Below are positions 9,559 through 20,607 of a stretch of DNA of 64,000 nucleotides, one piece after another. The translations under genes were made by a program, and so were the position numbers. This stretch comes from Candidatus Latescibacterota bacterium. GTDB taxonomy: Bacteria > Latescibacterota > UBA2968 > GCA-2709665. The notes under the pieces are model-generated. The model was given only the letters and a program-made list of their open reading frames with translations, ran no database searches and was not told where the DNA came from. How positions within the stretch are numbered: the stretch's first letter is position 1; each line of letters opens with the position of its first letter. Location of the stretch: NCBI GenBank assembly GCA_965116875.1, contig OZ220733.1, positions 1,440,001-1,504,000 on the forward strand. The letters are read 5' to 3'.

Positions 9559-10788
9559 ATGGATAAGGCGGCGCTTCTGGGCGGGACCCCCGTCCGGTCC
9601 GAACCGTTTCCGTCCTGGCCGCAGTCGGACGGGCGCGACCTGGACTATCTGGGCGAGGTCATGGAAACCAGCCTCTGGGGCGGAACAATTCATGGCCCGA
9701 GGGTGACGGCGTTCTGCGACGCATTCGCGAAATTCTCGGATGCGCGGCACGGGGTGGGGATGGGCAGCTGCACGGCAGGTCTGGAGTTGTCCCTCCGGGC
9801 ATTCGGCGTCGGACCGGGAGACGAGGTGATCGTCCCCGCCTACACGTTCATCGCAACGGCGCTGGCGCCCCTTGCGGTTGGAGCGGACGTTGTCTTCGTG
9901 GATATCGATCCCCGGACGTTCTGCGCAACACCGGAGACGATTGAAGGCGCGATATCCTCGCGCACAAAGGCGGTGATTCCCGTTCACTTCGCCGGACACG
10001 CCGCGGACGTGGAAGGCATCCGGTCACTGGCGGACCGGCACGGGTTGAAGGTTGTATGGGACGCGGCCCATGCGCACACGTCCGGGTGGCAGGGAAGGAT
10101 GCTGGGTGGCCTGGGCGACGCGGCGGTCTATAGTTTCAATCACGCCAAGAATCTGACCTGCGGCGAAGGAGGGATCGTAACCACGAATGACGAAGGGTTG
10201 GCGGATTTTCTGAAGTATACGCTTTCCACGTTCGGAAGGAAGAAGGGCCGGCCCTGGTACGAACATCACCATCTGGGGTTCTCCGATCCGTTGACGGAGT
10301 TTCAGGGCGCCATTCTGCAGGCGCAGTTCGAGCGGCTGGACGAACAGAGCCGGAAACGCGAGGAGAATGCCAGGCTGCTGACTCGAGGACTGACGGAGAT
10401 TGGAGGGATCGGTCCTCCGTACGTGTCTCCGGACGTCACGCGCCATGGCTGGCATGTATTCGTCATGACCTACAACGGAGACGCATTCCGCGGGCTGCCC
10501 AAGGAGACGTTCAGAAGGGCGCTCGAAGCTGAAGGAATCCCGAACGGCGGGTATACGTATCCATTATATGTCAATCCGATGTTCAATACGGAAACGGGCG
10601 AGGTCGCCGGAGCGCAGGGCAGGTGCCGCGTGATGCCCTGTCCGGTAAGCGAGTGGGCGTGCCGGGACGGCGTCTTCAATATATCCCAATCCATGTTGCT
10701 GGATGAACCCGACGGGATGAACGATATCGTGACGGCGATCGAGAAGGTGAAAGCCAATGCCTGCGACTTAATGGATTGGAAGGAGTGA
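9559..10788 (+). CDS. DegT/DnrJ/EryC1/StrS sugar aminotransferase (RifK/BtrR-like)
   Basis: GPGDEVIVPAYTFIAT, DAAHAH, SFNHAKNLTCGEGG; AGGAGG RBS before ATG 9559. Confidence 0.9.
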   Translation: MDKAALLGGTPVRSEPFPSWPQSDGRDLDYLGEVMETSLWGGTIHGPRVTAFCDAFAKFSDARHGVGMGSCTAGLELSLRAFGVGPGDEVIVPAYTFIATALAPLAVGADVVFVDIDPRTFCATPETIEGAISSRTKAVIPVHFAGHAADVEGIRSLADRHGLKVVWDAAHAHTSGWQGRMLGGLGDAAVYSFNHAKNLTCGEGGIVTTNDEGLADFLKYTLSTFGRKKGRPWYEHHHLGFSDPLTEFQGAILQAQFERLDEQSRKREENARLLTRGLTEIGGIGPPYVSPDVTRHGWHVFVMTYNGDAFRGLPKETFRRALEAEGIPNGGYTYPLYVNPMFNTETGEVAGAQGRCRVMPCPVSEWACRDGVFNISQSMLLDEPDGMNDIVTAIEKVKANACDLMDWKE

Positions 10789-10791
10789 GCG

Positions 10792-11607
10792 ATGGCCGAG
10801 ACGGCAGCCCTGACGCTGTCCCAGCGGTTTCATTTCGATACGTACGGTTACGTCCTGCTGGAAAACGCGTTGACGCCGGACCAGGTGGAACGCATGAAGG
10901 CGGCGCTCTACCGGCTCAAGGCCAATCCCGCGGCCGCGCCGCGCGTCTATGTTCGTCCGCGGGGCGATCATCATGTGCTATTCGGTAACCTGGTGGAATT
11001 CGATCCCGCCCTTCTGGAATACGCGGTCCATCCGGGTCTGGTTCCGCTCGTGGAAGAGGTGGTGGGAGGCGCGGTGCGGCTGGAGGAGACGGAGGCGATC
11101 ATCAACCGGCGGGATCCGGATGCGGACCTGGATCAACTTCGCAGGCGCCGTACCAATCCAACGGGGTTTCACAGGGGTACAACCGCAACGTGGGGTTGCT
11201 ATACGGAGCAGGAACGGTACCACTGTATCTTCGTGAAAACGCTCGCCTACCTGACGGACGTGGGACCGGACGACGGAGGCACGTGTCTGATTCCGGGCAG
11301 CCACCGGCTCACGTGGCCGCGCGAAGAGATGATTCAGGCGGCCATGGACGACGAGCGGCTGATCCACCAGATCGAGGCCGCGGCCGGTTCGGTACTCCTG
11401 TTCGGCGAGTCGCTGATCCACAGCACCACCGCGATTCGGAGCGACAGAGAGCGGGTGATTCTGGTTGCGGGATATACTCCGCCGATGCTCCGGGAATGGA
11501 TGGGGAATGAAGTAAGTCCCGAATTTGTCGCCACCCTGCCGGAAGCCGTACGACCGCTCATTTCGGGCAGCGACAGCTGGAACTGGCGACGAAATTACAC
11601 GCAATAG
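10792..11607 (+). CDS. Phytanoyl-CoA dioxygenase (PhyH) family protein
   Basis: FDTYGYVLLENAL, YLTDVGPDDGGTCLIPGSH, distal LIH; proximal motif reads FHRG rather than HxD. Confidence 0.85.
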   Translation: MAETAALTLSQRFHFDTYGYVLLENALTPDQVERMKAALYRLKANPAAAPRVYVRPRGDHHVLFGNLVEFDPALLEYAVHPGLVPLVEEVVGGAVRLEETEAIINRRDPDADLDQLRRRRTNPTGFHRGTTATWGCYTEQERYHCIFVKTLAYLTDVGPDDGGTCLIPGSHRLTWPREEMIQAAMDDERLIHQIEAAAGSVLLFGESLIHSTTAIRSDRERVILVAGYTPPMLREWMGNEVSPEFVATLPEAVRPLISGSDSWNWRRNYTQ

Positions 11608-11633
11608 AAACGACCTTTCGAGGAGTTCTCGCA

Positions 11634-12377
11634 ATGACGGACAAGCGCGTATTCGTTGGAGACCTGACCAGGACCGAATTTCGACAGCGCATGGAATCGG
11701 GTGAGATCGAGGCGGCGGTTGTGCCGGTCGGCGCCACCGAGCAGCACAATGAACACCTGGAGATGATTCACGATGCGTTTCACGTGACCCATGTTGCGGA
11801 ACAGGCCGCCAGAAAGCTTCATCCCCGGGTGGTCGTGGCGTCTCCCGTAAGCATTGGCGTATCGGAGCAATGGATGGCGCATATCGGGACCCTGACGGTG
11901 CGGCCCGAGATCTTTTGCGAGTACGTTTACGACGTGTGCGATTCACTCAGGCGGGCGGGTATCGCGAATATCCTGATTCTGAACGGCCATGGAGGGAACG
12001 TGAAACCCCTGATGCGCCGCATCGACGAGTACCGGGAACGGCTGGGTCTGAATCTGCGGTTTCAGTCGTACTGGGACGTGTACGATCCCGAACTGGTCTT
12101 TTCGACCATGGAGGCCAACCGTCTTCCCGGGCACGCCTGCGAATACGAGACGTCGACGATGTTGGCTCTTGCGCCGGAACGGGTGCACGCCGAGTATATG
12201 GTCAATGAAGCTGCCGGGCTGGCGACAAAGGAAAAAGGAGAGCTGTTGCTTGGGCCGGCGGTTGAGGGTGTGGCGGACGTACTGGGCAAATTGATCGCGG
12301 GCGAAGCGTTGGACAAGCCCCCGGTCACGTTCGCGGAGGGAAAACGGATTCATATGGTGACCGGCGACCCGGTTTAG
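11634..12377 (+). CDS. Creatininase-family amidohydrolase
   Basis: PVGATEQHNEHL, NGHGGN, GHACEYETS. Confidence 0.9.
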   Translation: MTDKRVFVGDLTRTEFRQRMESGEIEAAVVPVGATEQHNEHLEMIHDAFHVTHVAEQAARKLHPRVVVASPVSIGVSEQWMAHIGTLTVRPEIFCEYVYDVCDSLRRAGIANILILNGHGGNVKPLMRRIDEYRERLGLNLRFQSYWDVYDPELVFSTMEANRLPGHACEYETSTMLALAPERVHAEYMVNEAAGLATKEKGELLLGPAVEGVADVLGKLIAGEALDKPPVTFAEGKRIHMVTGDPV

Positions 12378-12433
12378 CAGATAGGCAGGTGACAGGACGC
12401 GTTGCGTAGCAGCCTCGAGGTTATCCTGAAAAA

Positions 12434-12508
12434 TGGAGCCGCCCGGGGGGTTCGAACCCCCGACCTACGGATTACAAATCCGTTGCTCTACCGCTGAGCT
12501 AGGGCGGC
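12434..12508 (-). tRNA. tRNA-Thr (anticodon TGT)
   Basis: Reverse complement GCCGCCCTAGCTCAGCGGTAGAGC-A-ACGGA-TTTGTAA-TCCGT-AGGTC-GGGGGTTCGAACCCCC-CGGGCGGC-T-CCA; cloverleaf with encoded CCA. Confidence 0.96.
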
Positions 12509-12585
12509 TCGAATTCACCAACTGCCATTCCGTGTCTGAAAAAGGCAAGGACGCCACATGCGACCCGTACGGCGGTCGCCGTACG

Positions 12586-13998
12586 TCAGGACCGTTTCCA
12601 CACCGTCCCTTCCGGTGTGTCCTCGAGCAGATAACCCAATTCCGCGAACCGGTCCCGAATCTCGTCTGCCCGCGCCCAATTTCTCTCCTTCCTCGCCCGG
12701 TCCCGTTCCGCGATCAATGCCCCGAGTTCGTCCGGAAGTTCCTCAGCGCCGTCGTCCCCAGGCGCCGCATAGAACACCCCAAGCACCTGATCGATCTCAT
12801 CCAGAAAGCCGTCAATGCTGCGGGCGCCGTCCCGGTCCACCCGTCCCTCCCGGATCAGGTCGTCCACGGCGTTTACCATTCCAAAAACGGCGCTCATCGC
12901 ACGGGGCGTGTTCAAATCGTCGTCCATGTGCCTGACGAATCCTTCACGCGCCGTCTCAAGCAAGGGCCCCGGGTCTTCCCCGCCGCCTGACCTCGTGACC
13001 TCGCCCAGCCTGCGCCTGAAATTGTCCAACCTCCGCATGGTACTCCTCGCGGCGTCGAGTACTTCCTTTGAGAAATTGAATGCGGTTCGGTAATGATTGC
13101 TCACCACAAGGTACCGGAAGGCGCGCGCGTCGGCGGGCGAACTCACGATATCGCGGACCGTCAGGAAATTGCCGAGGCTCTTGGACATCTTCTCGTCATC
13201 AACGTTGATGTGCGCGCCGTGCAGCCAGTAATTGACGAAGCGCTTGCCCGTGACCGCCTCGCTTTGCGCGATTTCATTCTGATGGTGCGGGAAAATCAGA
13301 TCCACGGCACCGGCATGGATGTCGATGGTTTCCCCCAGGTATTTGATGGACATGCACGAGCACTCCATGTGCCAGCCCGGCCTTCCCGTCCCCAGATCCG
13401 TTTTCCAGAACACGTCTCCGTCTTCCGGTTTCCACGCCTTCCACAGCACGAAGTCCCTGGCGTCTTCCTTGTCGTATTTGTCCGTATCCACGCCGCTGGC
13501 GCCTGCCTGTAACCCGGAAACATCCAGCTGTGCCAGTTCTCCGTACGACGGAAAGCTCCGTATTGAAAAATAGACGGATCCTTCATGCACGTACGCATGC
13601 CCGTCCTCAATCATCCCCGTGATCATCTCCACCATTTCCGGGATGTGGTCCGTCGCCCGCGGATAGTGATCGGCCGGCAGCAGATTCAACGTCGCCATAT
13701 CTTCGAAAAAGGCTTCCGCATAGCGATCGGTGAGCGCTTTCAGCGTCGTCTTTTCATCACGGACCTTCCCGATGATGTTGTCGTCCACGTCGGTGATGTT
13801 CATCACGTGATCAACCCGATATCCACGATACGTCAGATAGCGTTTTATCAGGTCGAACACGATAAACGTCTTGAAATTACCAATATGGGAATAATCGTGA
13901 ACCGTAGGACCACAACTGTAGAACGTGACCCGGCCCGGTTCAATCTCTTTGAATTCCTCTTTCTTCCGGGTCAGGCTATTGTAGAACCGAATGGACAT
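12586..13998 (-). CDS. cysS: Cysteine--tRNA ligase
   Basis: CGPTVHD, HIGN, GRPGWHMEC, FPHHQNE, KMSKS; start trimmed to MSIRFYNS. Confidence 0.96.
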   Translation of the reverse strand: MSIRFYNSLTRKKEEFKEIEPGRVTFYSCGPTVHDYSHIGNFKTFIVFDLIKRYLTYRGYRVDHVMNITDVDDNIIGKVRDEKTTLKALTDRYAEAFFEDMATLNLLPADHYPRATDHIPEMVEMITGMIEDGHAYVHEGSVYFSIRSFPSYGELAQLDVSGLQAGASGVDTDKYDKEDARDFVLWKAWKPEDGDVFWKTDLGTGRPGWHMECSCMSIKYLGETIDIHAGAVDLIFPHHQNEIAQSEAVTGKRFVNYWLHGAHINVDDEKMSKSLGNFLTVRDIVSSPADARAFRYLVVSNHYRTAFNFSKEVLDAARSTMRRLDNFRRRLGEVTRSGGGEDPGPLLETAREGFVRHMDDDLNTPRAMSAVFGMVNAVDDLIREGRVDRDGARSIDGFLDEIDQVLGVFYAAPGDDGAEELPDELGALIAERDRARKERNWARADEIRDRFAELGYLLEDTPEGTVWKRS

Positions 13999-14042
13999 TG
14001 AGGGCTCCTCGCTGTCGTGTTCCAGCGATCCGATGCGTGCGG

Positions 14043-15146
<1,104 letters not shown>

Positions 15147-15218
15147 CGACGAAACCCCGGATTAGATTTGGCGGGTGTCGCAATACATTTCGTTGACAAA
15201 ACGATGCGCGGCGGGCGG

Positions 15219-15929
15219 TCAGGATGCCTGGGTATCGGGTGGCGTCGATTCCCCGGCATCATCTGGTTTTCCGCGTCTCTTCTTTCGTCGCCACAACAAG
15301 TACCCGATGCCGCCGGCCGCCATCAGTACGAGTATCACCCGGTTATAGGTCCGCAGCGCATCGACCACCAGTCCCCAGTTTTCGCCCACTTTCAAACCGA
15401 AATACACCAGCAGGCTGTTCCAGAGCAGTGTACCCAGGACTACATAGAGGCACATTCGAACCGGGTGGATCCGGCTGATACCGGCAACGATACCGACAAA
15501 GGCGCGCACGGTGGGAAGGAACCGGTTGAAGATGACGATCCGATCGCCGTAGCGCGAAAAACCGGCCTCAACCCGGTCCAGGTTCTCTTCCGAGAAAATC
15601 CGGGACCTGAATCCGAGAAAAAACGCCCGCCCCTTCCAGTACGCCACAGCGTAGACCAGCAGACATCCCATTGCGCTGCCCAACCACATCGCCAGGTACG
15701 CCGGCACCAGGCGGACAATCCCCATCCCGGCCAGATATGCGCCGAATACGATCAGGGTATCGCCGGGAATGGGCGGTATCAGGTTTTCCAGAAAGGCGCC
15801 GAGAAACAAGAAAAAACAGATCCATTCAGGGGGCTGATCGTCCAGCGTCAGCAGAAACTGCTCCCATGCCTGCGACAGGAACGAAAGATCGAACGGAAGT
15901 TCCAACCAGCCCTCCCTTTCCCTTGACAC
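15219..15929 (-). CDS. DedA family membrane protein
   Basis: ENLIPPIPGD and RFLPTVR motifs; several TM helices. Confidence 0.9.
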   Translation of the reverse strand: MSREREGWLELPFDLSFLSQAWEQFLLTLDDQPPEWICFFLFLGAFLENLIPPIPGDTLIVFGAYLAGMGIVRLVPAYLAMWLGSAMGCLLVYAVAYWKGRAFFLGFRSRIFSEENLDRVEAGFSRYGDRIVIFNRFLPTVRAFVGIVAGISRIHPVRMCLYVVLGTLLWNSLLVYFGLKVGENWGLVVDALRTYNRVILVLMAAGGIGYLLWRRKKRRGKPDDAGESTPPDTQAS

Positions 15930-15930
15930 C

Positions 15931-17136
15931 TTACCCCGCGTTTCCTCTTGCCGGATGCGGGGTTTCCGCCCCGAGCGCGACCAGGGCGACGGCCTGAGCG
16001 GCGATCCCCTGTTCCGTTCCCGCGAATCCCAGGCCCTCGGTCGTCGTTGCCTTCACCGATAACCGTTCCGTCGCGATTCCGAGCGCCCCGGCCATTTTTT
16101 CCTGCATATCGGAGATGTACGGCGCAAGCTTCGGACGCTGCGCAATCACCGTAGCGTCCACGTTAACAATCCCGCCCCCGCCATCGCTTGTCAGTTTCGA
16201 TACCCGATCCAGCAGAATCAGGCTTGAAACACCGCTGTACGCAGGATCTGCGTCAGGGAAGTGCGTGCCGATATCGCCCAGACACATCGCACCCAGAACG
16301 GCATCGGCAACCGCGTGGGAAAGCACGTCGGCGTCGGAATGCCCGTGCAGACCCCGGTCGAACGGAACGGCCACCCCGCCCAGGATCAATGGACGGCCGG
16401 CGACCAGCCGGTGCACGTCGTAACCGTGCCCCACGCGCAGATTCGATGGCACGCTCCCGGTTCTGGATCTCAGGATCGATTCCGCCATCGCCAGATCCTC
16501 CGGCGCGGTGATTTTCAGATTATCCTCCCGGCCCGGCACCATGTATACCGGCGCATTCAGTTGTTCAACAAGCGACGTGTCGTCCGTGCCTGAGTTCCCC
16601 GTCCGTGCGGCCTCGCCGTGCGCCTCACGCAAAATCGACGCGCGAAACGCCTGCGGGGTCTGAACCCGCCATGTTCGCGACCGGTCCAGCGTGCGCAGGA
16701 CACGCCCGTCCTGGACCTCCTTGACCGTGTCCGTTATCGGTGTACCAAGTACCGCCGAGCCCTTCTCGTGCGCCAGATCGACGACAGCGTCGATCTGTTC
16801 GGGCAGAATCAACGGACGCGCCCCGTCATGGACCGCAATGACGCGGGCGTGGTCCGGTACCGCCCCAAGTCCTTCCGCGACGGAATCCTGGCGCCTCTCC
16901 CCTCCGGCGACGACCGAGGTCACCTTTTCCATGCCCCATGAGCGGATTTCCTCCCGGCATCGTTCCACGCGGTCCGCCGGCGCGACGAGCACCACGCGGT
17001 CGACCTTTTTCGCGTGTTCGAATGCCGTCAACGCCAGGAAAAGAATCGGACGCCCGGCCAGGCTCATGAATTGCTTGGGCGGACTGCCCCCCATTCTCAG
17101 ACCGCGGCCGGCGGCTAGCACAATGGCGTAAACCAT
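15931..17136 (-). CDS. ispDF: Bifunctional IspD/IspF (MEP pathway)
   Basis: IspD: LAAGRGLRMG, HDGARP, QTPQ. IspF: GHGYDVH, GHSDADV, GDIGTHFP, KATTTE. Start trimmed to MVYAIV. Confidence 0.95.
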   Translation of the reverse strand: MVYAIVLAAGRGLRMGGSPPKQFMSLAGRPILFLALTAFEHAKKVDRVVLVAPADRVERCREEIRSWGMEKVTSVVAGGERRQDSVAEGLGAVPDHARVIAVHDGARPLILPEQIDAVVDLAHEKGSAVLGTPITDTVKEVQDGRVLRTLDRSRTWRVQTPQAFRASILREAHGEAARTGNSGTDDTSLVEQLNAPVYMVPGREDNLKITAPEDLAMAESILRSRTGSVPSNLRVGHGYDVHRLVAGRPLILGGVAVPFDRGLHGHSDADVLSHAVADAVLGAMCLGDIGTHFPDADPAYSGVSSLILLDRVSKLTSDGGGGIVNVDATVIAQRPKLAPYISDMQEKMAGALGIATERLSVKATTTEGLGFAGTEQGIAAQAVALVALGAETPHPARGNAG

Positions 17137-17162
17137 GATGACAGACGATTCCTGAACCCCGC

Positions 17163-18200
17163 CTATTGGATCAACATCGCGTCGCCGTAGCTGTAAAACC
17201 GATACCGCTTCCGCACCGCCTCTTCGTACGCCTTCAGAATGAACGCCCGATCCGCAAACGCGGAAACAAGCATCAGCAACGTTGAACGGGGAAGATGAAA
17301 ATTCGTCACCAGCGCGTCTGTCAGCCTGAACCGGTACGGAGGATAGACAAACAACCGGGTCCATCCCGAACCGGGTTTCAGCGACCAACTGCCGCGCGAC
17401 CGCGAGGCCGACGACTCCAGCGCCCTCACGGTGGTTGTTCCTACAGCGACAACGCGCCTTCCATTTCTCCGGCTTTCGTTTACCTTTTCGGCCGCGGCGG
17501 GGCCAATCTCAAAATACTCCGCGTCCATTTCGTGCCGGCGCGGGTCCGTCACGTCCACGGGTTTGAAGGTCCCCGGGCCCACGTGGAGCAGAACGGGGAC
17601 GATTTCCACACCCGAAACACGGATACGGTCCAGCAGACTCGACGTAAAATGAAGTCCCGCCGTGGGCGCGGCCACGGCCCCGCGGGTTCGCGCGTAGACC
17701 GACTGATATCGTTCCCGATCCGCCGGTTCCTCTTCCCGCCTGATATATGGCGGAAGCGGGATGCGGCCCCGGCTTTCCAGGACCTCCGCAAGCGATGAAC
17801 TGCCCCTGAACCGGACCATGCGTCGTCCCGAGGGCAGGACGCCGGTCACTTCCGCGACCAGATCCACGTCCGGAAAGGCCACCTCCGCGCCCTCCCGAAG
17901 CCTGCGGCCGGGACGCGCGAGTACCTCCCAGCAGTCTCCATCGCAGCGAACCAGCAACAATTCAACGGCTCCGCCCGTGCCGGGACGGAACCCGTTGAGG
18001 CGTGCCGGAAAAACGCGGGTCTCGTTGACGACCAGACAGTCTCCGGGACTGAGAAAATCCGGAAACGACCGGAACACCGTGTGGTCTATCCGCCCTGTCT
18101 TCCGATCCAGAACCATCAGCCGGGAAGCGTCCCGCTCGGATGCCGGGCGCTGGGCGATCAATTCCTCGGGAAGATCATAATCGAAATCGGCGAGGTCCAT
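17163..18200 (-). CDS. queA: tRNA preQ1 S-adenosylmethionine ribosyltransferase-isomerase
   Basis: FDYDLPEELIAQ, PLPPYI, AAPTAGLHF, GTTTVRALES, TNFHLPRST, FYSYGDAM. Confidence 0.97.
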   Translation of the reverse strand: MDLADFDYDLPEELIAQRPASERDASRLMVLDRKTGRIDHTVFRSFPDFLSPGDCLVVNETRVFPARLNGFRPGTGGAVELLLVRCDGDCWEVLARPGRRLREGAEVAFPDVDLVAEVTGVLPSGRRMVRFRGSSSLAEVLESRGRIPLPPYIRREEEPADRERYQSVYARTRGAVAAPTAGLHFTSSLLDRIRVSGVEIVPVLLHVGPGTFKPVDVTDPRRHEMDAEYFEIGPAAAEKVNESRRNGRRVVAVGTTTVRALESSASRSRGSWSLKPGSGWTRLFVYPPYRFRLTDALVTNFHLPRSTLLMLVSAFADRAFILKAYEEAVRKRYRFYSYGDAMLIQ

Positions 18201-18313
18201 TGAACCCGACGTCCGGAATTCGGAATGCACGGAAAGGATTGCCTGGCAGCAGTTTCGTCGCGCATGGCGGGGTTTCGGACGGTGTCCACGGCAGGTGGAC
18301 TCTTCGTTTCACG

Positions 18314-18538
18314 TCATCGCCTTGAAATCAGATTCAGCGCGAGCGTAAGGACGATGCTGACCACGATGCACGTCACAATCGGCAAGTAGAGCCTGAAACT
18401 CTCCCGGCGAACGACGATATCTCCCGGCAACCGTCCCACAAATGGAATCCTGTCTCCGATCCAGAGCACAAGGCCCACTGAAAACAGAAAAATACCAACA
18501 ATCATCAGGACCCTGCCGAAGCCGGAAAACTCGCTCAT
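18314..18538 (-). CDS. DUF2905 family small membrane protein
   Basis: GRLPGDI...YLPIVTCIVVS; two TM helices; usual neighbour of queA. Confidence 0.85.
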   Translation of the reverse strand: MSEFSGFGRVLMIVGIFLFSVGLVLWIGDRIPFVGRLPGDIVVRRESFRLYLPIVTCIVVSIVLTLALNLISRR

Positions 18539-18781
18539 GGCGACGACCCTTCAAAGAAGTGAAAACTTACAGAATTCTCGATCGGACGTCAAGGTATTGC
18601 AGCCCGAGAGGCGGTCTCGAAATCCACCGGGGACCGGCCTGTGCCATTCGATTCCCGCTTTCCGGAAATACCGGATGCCCGATCGGATCCGCTGCTGCTG
18701 CGATCGCAAAAAAAGAACGTGAAACACGCCACACCGCGGCGGCGGGCAGTTTCACGTCCGCTGGATGGCGCCGGGATACAA

Positions 18782-19816
18782 CTACGGCGTGAATACGACC
18801 TTTAACGCCTCCATATTCTCGGCTGCGGCGAACCCTTTCTCCCAATCTCGAAGGGGCAGCCGGTGGGTAATGATCGGATCCACGTCGATCCTGCCATCGG
18901 CAATCATCCAGATGGTCTTGTCCCAACTTGCGTATTCTGTGGACATGTTGAAAAAGAGCGTTACGACCTTGGTCATGGCCGCGTCCCAGTCCAGTTGCAC
19001 GGGTCGCTTGCCGGTAAGGCCGATGCCGCAGATCCGGCCCCACTTGCAAACCAGATCGACCGCCTGGGCGATTGCCGGAGGCGCACCCGAACACTCGATC
19101 ACCAGGTCCGCCCCTTTACCGCCGGTCAGTTCCAGGCAGCGCTCCACCGGGTCCACTTCCGCAAAATTCACTACGTGATCGACACCCAGCCTTCGCGCCG
19201 TCTCCAGGCGCAATTCCTCGTCCGCCGGCGCGCCTACGATCATCACTTCGCGGGCCCCCGCCACCCGGGCGACCTGGGCGGCCAGAAGGCCGATGGGCCC
19301 CGGCCCAAGCACCACGACGAAATCGCCCACCTCGATCGCCTGGCGATCGATGATATCCGTCACCGTATTGGCCGCCGGTTCAACCAGCGCGCCCTGCTCG
19401 AAACTCATATGGTCCGGAATCCGGTGCAACAGATTGGTGGGATATTTCAGATATCTCGTAAATGCGCCATCGATTCCCCACCCGGGAGACCGTTTTTCCA
19501 GACAATTCTGAATATGTCCCTTTCGACAGAGAAAACACTTGCCGCAGTGCAACGTATGCGGCTCGCCAACCACGCGGTCGCCCACCTTCCAATCCGATAC
19601 CGATCTTCCGGCCTCCACGATTTCGCCCGAAAATTCATGACCCAGGATCACAGGCGGCCAGTATGGAAACGTGTCGTGTTTCACGTGAACATCCGTACCG
19701 CAGACGCCTGCCGCCTTGATCTCGATCAGAACCTCGTCGTCCGTAATTTCAGGCTCCGGCACGTCCCGCAATTCCAGAAACCCAACGCCCCGTTTGGTCT
19801 TGACAACAGCCTCCAT
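18782..19816 (-). CDS. Zinc-dependent alcohol/polyol dehydrogenase (MDR)
   Basis: GVCGTD, GHE, CxxCxxC...C, GPGPIG; start trimmed to MEAVVK. Confidence 0.92.
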   Translation of the reverse strand: MEAVVKTKRGVGFLELRDVPEPEITDDEVLIEIKAAGVCGTDVHVKHDTFPYWPPVILGHEFSGEIVEAGRSVSDWKVGDRVVGEPHTLHCGKCFLCRKGHIQNCLEKRSPGWGIDGAFTRYLKYPTNLLHRIPDHMSFEQGALVEPAANTVTDIIDRQAIEVGDFVVVLGPGPIGLLAAQVARVAGAREVMIVGAPADEELRLETARRLGVDHVVNFAEVDPVERCLELTGGKGADLVIECSGAPPAIAQAVDLVCKWGRICGIGLTGKRPVQLDWDAAMTKVVTLFFNMSTEYASWDKTIWMIADGRIDVDPIITHRLPLRDWEKGFAAAENMEALKVVFTP

Positions 19817-19898
19817 AATCCGCTCCTTTTGTATCAGCCCGATTTGGAAAAAAGATAGCCGCTCAATTGACCGCAAAAAGCCTGAATGCGGACCAAAA

Positions 19899-20064
19899 GC
19901 GGTGAGACGGTAGCCGGTAGACGGTAGAGATTACCTGCCTTGTGAGGCTTCTTTTCCTGGCGGAGGCAAGGAGGGATACACTAGCGGGCAAGGAAATCTT
20001 CTCCCGTCTCCCGCCTTCCTTCTGACCAAGTGGTGGGGCAGGGTGTGGTCCGCTACCGTCTCAC
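19899..20064. repeat. Intergenic repeat family B, copy 1
   Basis: Core acggtagagattacctgccttg...ggaggcaag...cgggcaagg recurs inverted at 32952-33083; perfect 13-bp IR gtgagacggtagc (19902) / gctaccgtctcac (20052). Confidence 0.75.
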
Positions 20065-20131
20065 GTCTCCCCTGAAGACGAAAGTGCGGTGAAATCCCGC
20101 AAAGAAGCCGCGGGTATCGCGCGAATTACCC

Positions 20132-20160
20132 TTGAATTTACAGATGGGATCAGGTATAAT
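20132..20160 (+). promoter_or_regulatory. Sigma70-like promoter
   Basis: TTGAAT-N17-TATAAT. Confidence 0.5.
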
Positions 20161-20173
20161 CAAATTCACATCG

Positions 20174-20201
20174 CAGCCGACCGGATTTCACCGGTCGGCT
20201 G
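20174..20201. terminator. 11-bp GC-rich hairpin downstream of the 63-aa gene
   Basis: CAGCCGACCGG-ATTTCA-CCGGTCGGCTG. Confidence 0.55.
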
Positions 20202-20219
20202 ATCCGGTTGTAACGGTTT

Positions 20220-20411
20220 TCAGCCGCAATCCAGACAACGAACTTCGTCGAAAATCCGGTTCTGCTCATCCGGCTCGTCAATCGCAAAATTAATCAGGCA
20301 ACGCACGGCCTTGGAAGCGTCCTCAAGACGGTATCGGACGGCGACCTCGTCCAGAAACGCCTTCTGGTGTGTTTCCAGCGAGATCTCGAAGGTCTGTTTA
20401 TCCTTGAACAT
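20220..20411 (-). CDS. Small protein, ribbon-helix-helix-like, with C-terminal CxxC
   Basis: GGAGG RBS; QTFEISL (strand), helix, DASKAVRCLI (helix); ends RCLDCG. Confidence 0.65.
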   Translation of the reverse strand: MFKDKQTFEISLETHQKAFLDEVAVRYRLEDASKAVRCLINFAIDEPDEQNRIFDEVRCLDCG

Positions 20412-20607
20412 GCCAGCACCTCCCTTTGATGTCCGACTCTACCGTGCAGCCCGAATAATCCCTGCGTTTTCGATCATTCATGATAGGGTTTCAAAGGTGT
20501 ATTGTCAATGGGGATTCATCTTCACGCACCCGTTTTCGCCGGACCGTACGGTCCCCGGCAGTCCCCGGCCACATCAGGCGGAATCCTGATCGCCGGCGTC
20601 CGAAATC

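Noticed and set aside
12434-12508. tRNA-Thr as an integration site
   Set aside because: No integrase and no duplicated tRNA 3' end seen in the window.
12433-12990. 185-aa ORF beginning MEPPGGFEPPTY
   Set aside because: It is the antisense translation of tRNA-Thr and cysS.
20160-20222. Possible Sec read-through of the 63-aa gene (CLDCG-TGA followed by a hairpin)
   Set aside because: The hairpin is a perfect terminator-like stem, the extension (KPLQPDQPTGEIRSAAM) shows no recognisable motif, and there is no evidence that the TGA aligns with a conserved Cys.
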